In this document: one piece after another, positions 33,400 through 37,556 of the stretch
How the letters are laid out: the number at the start of each line of letters is the position of its first letter
Position numbering within the stretch: position 1 is the first letter of the stretch
Origin: an uncultured bacterium
Lineage (GTDB): Bacteria; UBA8481
Length of the DNA: 37,556 nt
Direction: 5' to 3'
NCBI GenBank assembly: GCA_964499705.1
Contig: CAZCME010000015.1
Span: forward strand, 62,001 to 99,556
Notes under the pieces: model-generated
The model's input: the letters and a program-made list of their open reading frames with translations, nothing else
What the model was told of the DNA's origin: nothing
Databases searched by the model: none
Position numbers and translations under genes: made by a program

Positions 33400-33756
33400 C
33401 TATATCGCTTCTCCTTGGCCCAGTTCCGGCGGGGGAGTGGTCGAGAGGGTCACGCCGACCTTGTAGATGCCGCTGCCGACCGTTTTTTCGCGGATGTTCT
33501 TGATGGCAACCGCTACCCAGGATTCGGTCTTCGCCGAACTGGGCTTGATCCGGATCCAATAGATTTCTCCGACCCTCAGGGGGCAGGGGAACCGCTGCTC
33601 GCGGGTTTCGAGGCCCATGCCTTTCGCGGATTCGTCGATGATCCAGCACGCCAGCTCCGACCGGTCCTCGAAGACGAAGATCGCCCAGGCCAGGTGCACG
33701 CCGCCGTGGCGCGATTCTTTCCGCCGGGTGGCACTTTTATCCTCGTTCTTTTTCAT
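33400..33756 (-). CDS. Stand-alone PilZ-domain protein (c-di-GMP receptor)
   Basis: From ATG 33756 (or GTG 33765): RRKESR (RxxxR), IIDESAKGMGL (DxSxxG), and a C-terminal YKVGVTL strand; about 118 aa. Confidence 0.7.
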   Translation of the reverse strand: MKKNEDKSATRRKESRHGGVHLAWAIFVFEDRSELACWIIDESAKGMGLETREQRFPCPLRVGEIYWIRIKPSSAKTESWVAVAIKNIREKTVGSGIYKVGVTLSTTPPPELGQGEAI

Positions 33757-33785
33757 GGCGGCCACGAGCGAATCCCCTTCGATCT

Positions 33786-35228
33786 TTACTTCAGGACTTC
33801 GGCGTTGAAGGCCTCGATGGCCTGGTCCCAGCCCGCGGCCTGCCCGTGCAGTTCGTCCCAGAACGCGGGATCCCAGAGCTGGTTCAGTTCCTCGGATGTC
33901 TTGCCCTGCTGCTCCACCCATGTGTAGTACTTCAGGTTGTGAATCATCTTGCGGTCGCGGTATCCGAGGTCGCGCATGTTGTCCGTGGCGGCTCCGTGCG
34001 CGTAGCGCGCCAGGTCGGCGACGGCGTTGTCATGCGTGTACTTTCCGCGCGCCGCGGTCAGTTCTTCGAGGCGCGATCCGTACATCTCCGCGGAGTCGGT
34101 CAGGATCGTGAAGATGACGTCGTTCTCGTCCAGTTCGTAGTATTTCGCCATCTTGACGGCGGAGAGGACGTTGCAGATGCCGGAGATTCCCAGGAGGGGC
34201 AGGTTCTCGAGCGTGCCGTTGGAAACTCCACCCGCGGTGAGATACTCCCATCCCGCCGGTTCGTTCAGAAGCCGCAGGAGGCTCATGCAGGCTTCATCGT
34301 CCACAGCGACGATCGTATCGGTGTTGCGGACATTGTGAATCCACGGCACATGCTTGTCGCCGATGCCTTCGATGCGATGCCCGCCGAAGCCGTTCGTCAG
34401 AAGCGTCGGGCATTGCAGCGCTTCCGATGCGCCGATGCGAAGCGACGGATGCAGTTCCTTCAGGCGGTCGCCCGCTCCGATGGTCCCCGCCGATCCGGTC
34501 GCGCTGACGTACGCGGCCATCCGCGACGTCGGCGTCTTCACCGCTTCGAAGACTTCCTGGATGGCGGCGGCCGTGACGTTGTAGTGCCAGAGATGGTTTC
34601 CGAACTCGTCGAACTGGTTGAAGATGACGCAGTCCTTCCGGTTCTTCCGGATGTCCCAGCACGCGTCGTAGATCTCCTTCACGTTCGACTCGCAGCCCGG
34701 TGTCGCGATCACTTCCGCGCCGATGTCCTTCAGCCAGGCGAATCGCTCGCGGCTCATCTCCTCCGGGAGTATGGCGACGGCGGTGCATCCCAGCAGCGCG
34801 GAATCGAATGCGCCGCCGCGGCAGTAATTGCCCGTGGAGGGCCAGACCGCGCGCTGCGATGTCGGATCGAAGTTGCCGGTCACGAGGCGCGGCACGAGGC
34901 ACGCGAATGCGGCTCCGACCTTGTGGGCTCCCGTGGGGAAATACTTGCCGACCAGGCCGATGATCCGGCAGGGCACGCCGGTGATGTGCTTCGGAATTTC
35001 CAGGTGATTGACGCCGCCGAACGCGCCGCTTTTGGCGTCGTTCTTCCACGTGATCCGAAAGAGGTTGACGGGGTCGATGTCCCACAGGCCCTTCGTCTTC
35101 AGCCGCTCCTTGATGGATGCCGGCACCGTGGACGGATCCTTCTGCTGCGCAAATGTCGGGATGACGACACCCAGCTCCTTGCATCGCTGTATCGACTTCT
35201 TCCTCACCCCATCATTGATCTGCAGCAT
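33786..35228 (-). CDS. PLP-dependent enzyme, fold type II (cysteine synthase/tryptophan synthase beta-like), substrate unknown
   Basis: AGGAGG RBS, FPTGAHKVGA (PLP lysine), PSTGNYCRGGA, ATGSAGT, HRIEGIGDKH. Confidence 0.85.
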   Translation of the reverse strand: MLQINDGVRKKSIQRCKELGVVIPTFAQQKDPSTVPASIKERLKTKGLWDIDPVNLFRITWKNDAKSGAFGGVNHLEIPKHITGVPCRIIGLVGKYFPTGAHKVGAAFACLVPRLVTGNFDPTSQRAVWPSTGNYCRGGAFDSALLGCTAVAILPEEMSRERFAWLKDIGAEVIATPGCESNVKEIYDACWDIRKNRKDCVIFNQFDEFGNHLWHYNVTAAAIQEVFEAVKTPTSRMAAYVSATGSAGTIGAGDRLKELHPSLRIGASEALQCPTLLTNGFGGHRIEGIGDKHVPWIHNVRNTDTIVAVDDEACMSLLRLLNEPAGWEYLTAGGVSNGTLENLPLLGISGICNVLSAVKMAKYYELDENDVIFTILTDSAEMYGSRLEELTAARGKYTHDNAVADLARYAHGAATDNMRDLGYRDRKMIHNLKYYTWVEQQGKTSEELNQLWDPAFWDELHGQAAGWDQAIEAFNAEVLK

Positions 35229-35278
35229 ACTTCCTCCTGTTGCCCGTCGCGGCCTGCGCGAACACGGGCGATATTAGT

Positions 35279-36247
35279 TCAGAAATTCCGGTACATGTTG
35301 CCGCCCCGGGGAGCGGCGCCGGTCGGCGAGGCGGACGGAGCGGATGCCGGGCCCGATGAAAATACCGCGGGCTTTCTCAGGGACGCTTCCAGTACTTCGG
35401 AATCGCGCCGGTCGAACTTCGCCTGCCAGTCCTTGTCGCCCCAGACGAGCATTGACGGGTTTCTCGCCACGCCGTACGAAAGGACGCGCGCGTTGACACC
35501 GATTTCATCCACGTTGCGGATGATGGAATAGATCGTGTCCTCCGAGCGCGTCATGATGCCGTCCACCTTCGACGCCGCGCTGTTGGCGCTTTTGAGGAAA
35601 GCCTCCGCGTCGTTCATGGCTCCGGGCAGCCTCATCGAGGCGATCCGGAAATTGGCGGCGGTCGTATGGATGTCGGATCGGAACTGGGTGTCGCTCACCA
35701 GCAGATCCACGCCGGTCAGGACCCGGCCCATGCTGTCGGCCAGCTCGTCCACGTGCCCGTCCGCCTTGGACAGGAACCTCTGAAGCTGGACCTGGATCAT
35801 GCCGAAGGAGGCGGGGTCGATGGCGTCGATCTCGACCTTGCCGTTTACCATCTGGATCCGGTCGTCACCGCGGATCAGGAGACCTTCCACGTCGGAATAC
35901 TGCTGCGTGATCTCGATGTACGGATCTCCCAGCAGCGACGCCGTCGTGATCGTGGCGATGCCTTTCTCGGGGAGGTCGAATCCCTTGATGAGCGCCATCT
36001 CGACGCGGATGAGTTTCTTTTCCCTGTCGTACGCGATGGTGTTCACGTCGCCGATCGGAAGGCCCTGGTAGACGACGATGACTTTTTCCTTCAGGCCCCC
36101 GATGTTGCGGAACCACGTGACCGCGGGCTGCGTCTCCGCGAACCATCGTTCGAAGCCGCCGCCGATCCAGGAGAGGAAAACGAGGAAGCAGACGAGCATG
36201 GCGAGGACGAAGAGGCCGGCCGCAAGTTCGTTGGCTTTCGGCTTCAT
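35279..36247 (-). CDS. mlaD: MlaD/MCE-family substrate-binding protein
   Basis: GAGGAGG RBS before ATG 36247, N-terminal TM, F.NIGGL...V.YQGLPIGDV, TASLLGDPYIEI, and a helical C-terminus. Confidence 0.85.
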   Translation of the reverse strand: MKPKANELAAGLFVLAMLVCFLVFLSWIGGGFERWFAETQPAVTWFRNIGGLKEKVIVVYQGLPIGDVNTIAYDREKKLIRVEMALIKGFDLPEKGIATITTASLLGDPYIEITQQYSDVEGLLIRGDDRIQMVNGKVEIDAIDPASFGMIQVQLQRFLSKADGHVDELADSMGRVLTGVDLLVSDTQFRSDIHTTAANFRIASMRLPGAMNDAEAFLKSANSAASKVDGIMTRSEDTIYSIIRNVDEIGVNARVLSYGVARNPSMLVWGDKDWQAKFDRRDSEVLEASLRKPAVFSSGPASAPSASPTGAAPRGGNMYRNF

Positions 36248-36299
36248 CCGTTCCTCCTCAGCATCTGATCTGTCCCTCCATGCCACTTCCCATCGCGCT

Positions 36300-37163
36300 T
36301 CATCGCACCTGCCGCTCGTCGACGATCCCGGCCAGCGTCTGAATGTAGACGTCGCGGTTCGTTCGATACGGTATCGGGCCGTCCGCCGATCCCGTGATGA
36401 ACTGCTGCACCATCGGGTTGTCGGAATTCCTGATCTCGTCCGGAGTTCCGTAGGCGAGCACCCTGCCCTTGTAAGGCGGATGATTCCCGAGCATCACCAT
36501 CTTGTCGGCGATCTTGAACGCCGAGTCCATGTGATGCGTTACGACCACGGAAGTTATACCCATTTTGCTCTTTAAGTCGAGAATCAATTCGTCGATGACG
36601 GCGGATACCACCGGGTCGAGCCCCGCGGAGGGCTCGTCGTAGAAGACCAGCTCGGGATCCAGGGCGATCGCGCGCGCCAGTCCGACGCGCTTCTTCATTC
36701 CTCCGGATATTTCCGCGGGTTTCAAATGCTCAAATCCCGTCAATCCCACCATCTCCAGTTTCATCCTCACCATGATCTGGATGATGTTCTCGTCGAGACC
36801 GGAATGCTGCTGCAGCGGCAGCGCCACATTTTCGCCGACGGTGAGGGAATTAAAGAGCGCGCCGGACTGGAACAGGACGCCGAAGCGCTTCCGGATGGAG
36901 TCGAACTGCCGGTCGTCGTAGACGGTCGTGTTTTCGCCGAAGAGCCAGACGTCGCCGGCCTCGGGCCGCTCGAGCCCGATGAGGCATCGCAGCGTCGTCG
37001 ATTTGCCGCAACCGGATCCGCCCATGATGACGAGCACCTCGCCGCGGTTGACCTCGAAAGATATGTCGTCCAGCACGCGCCGTCCGTCGAAGATCTTCGC
37101 GAGGTGATTGACCCGGAGAACGATGTTGTCGGCGGGTTTGCCGATGGGGATCTCTCCGTTCAT
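36300..37163 (-). CDS. mlaF: MlaF/Mkl-family ABC ATPase
   Basis: GGSGCGKST, LFQSGALFNSLTV, ISGGMKKRVGLARA, YDEPSAGLDP, VTHH. ATG 37163 overlaps the mlaE stop (ATGA). Confidence 0.92.
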   Translation of the reverse strand: MNGEIPIGKPADNIVLRVNHLAKIFDGRRVLDDISFEVNRGEVLVIMGGSGCGKSTTLRCLIGLERPEAGDVWLFGENTTVYDDRQFDSIRKRFGVLFQSGALFNSLTVGENVALPLQQHSGLDENIIQIMVRMKLEMVGLTGFEHLKPAEISGGMKKRVGLARAIALDPELVFYDEPSAGLDPVVSAVIDELILDLKSKMGITSVVVTHHMDSAFKIADKMVMLGNHPPYKGRVLAYGTPDEIRNSDNPMVQQFITGSADGPIPYRTNRDVYIQTLAGIVDERQVR

Positions 37164-37556
37164 GGGAAGATGAAGTAGAAGATGGCCGTGAAGATGCCGT
37201 CGACGAGGATGATGGCGAAGATGGAGTGAACGACGGACTGCGTGGTCGCCTGGCCCACGCCTTCCGCGCCGCCGGTGACGGAGAGACCGCGGTAGCAGGA
37301 GATTCCGGAGATCAGGAGCGAGAAGACGCCGGACTTCAGAAGGCCCGTCCAGACGTCTTTCCGCGTCATGTACTGAAACGCCGCCATCTTGAAAGACGCC
37401 GCGGACATCTCCAGCGCCGTCGCTCCGAAGAGATACGCGCCGAAAATCCCGGCCACGTTCGCCAGCATCGCCAGGCACGGCAGCATGAGCAGCAGGGACA
37501 CGACGCGCGGCACGACGAGAAACCGGTTCGGATGCAGCGACATCGTCCGCAGCGCG
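37160..37556 (-). CDS. mlaE: MlaE-family ABC permease (5' part outside window)
   Basis: ALRTMSLHPNRFLVVPRV, GLLKSGVF, CYRGL..TGGAEGVGQATTQSVV. Confidence 0.92.
   Translation of the reverse strand, partial: ALRTMSLHPNRFLVVPRVVSLLLMLPCLAMLANVAGIFGAYLFGATALEMSAASFKMAAFQYMTRKDVWTGLLKSGVFSLLISGISCYRGLSVTGGAEGVGQATTQSVVHSIFAIILVDGIFTAIFYFIFP

Noticed and set aside
30693-35531. 808-aa (-, 30693-33119) and 561-aa (+, 33846-35531) ORFs
   Set aside because: They are antisense shadows of pyc and the PLP enzyme gene, both of which have unambiguous family motifs.
33757-37478. Track starts for PilZ (33921), MlaD (36286) and MlaF (37478)
   Set aside because: The PilZ and MlaF extensions overlap upstream genes, and the MlaD extension ignores a strong RBS. 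RBS or ATGA coupling supports 33756/33765, 36247 and 37163.

Overview
High-GC chromosomal window from a probably diderm bacterium (an Mla/MCE transporter is present). I saw no rRNA, tRNA, CRISPR array or transposase. The main feature is missing from the supplied ORF track: one uninterrupted minus-strand frame from ATG 9363 off the left edge, >=3121 aa by hand translation. It encodes a Sec signal peptide, four copies of an unrecognised 6-Cys repeat, a ~950-aa charged coiled coil, a Pro/Thr linker, a long helical region, Gly/Ala-rich hydrophobic helices and a Pol-beta-like nucleotidyltransferase motif set (GSSNLTSDYD...DVNFY). This makes it a candidate giant secreted effector or polymorphic toxin. 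The rest of the window holds a DUF853/HerA-like ATPase, a polyprenol-P-mannose synthase plus a GT-C glycosyltransferase with a problematic start, a secreted LolA/PsbP-like protein, a class III adenylate cyclase, an HI0933 flavoprotein, class I fumarase, pyk and a Gfo/Idh/MocA oxidoreductase. It continues with an ECF sigma / zf-HC2 anti-sigma / VIT-vWA locus with a clear ECF-type promoter before the vWA gene, nfo, an HD-GYP protein, pyc, a PilZ protein, a fold-type II PLP enzyme and mlaD-mlaF-mlaE. Non-coding signals include recurring TANNNT-N6-8-start (leaderless-type) motifs, a leaderless 6-codon uORF coupled to a gene, and two tandem-repeat-armed inverted repeats (9-mer and 7-mer units).
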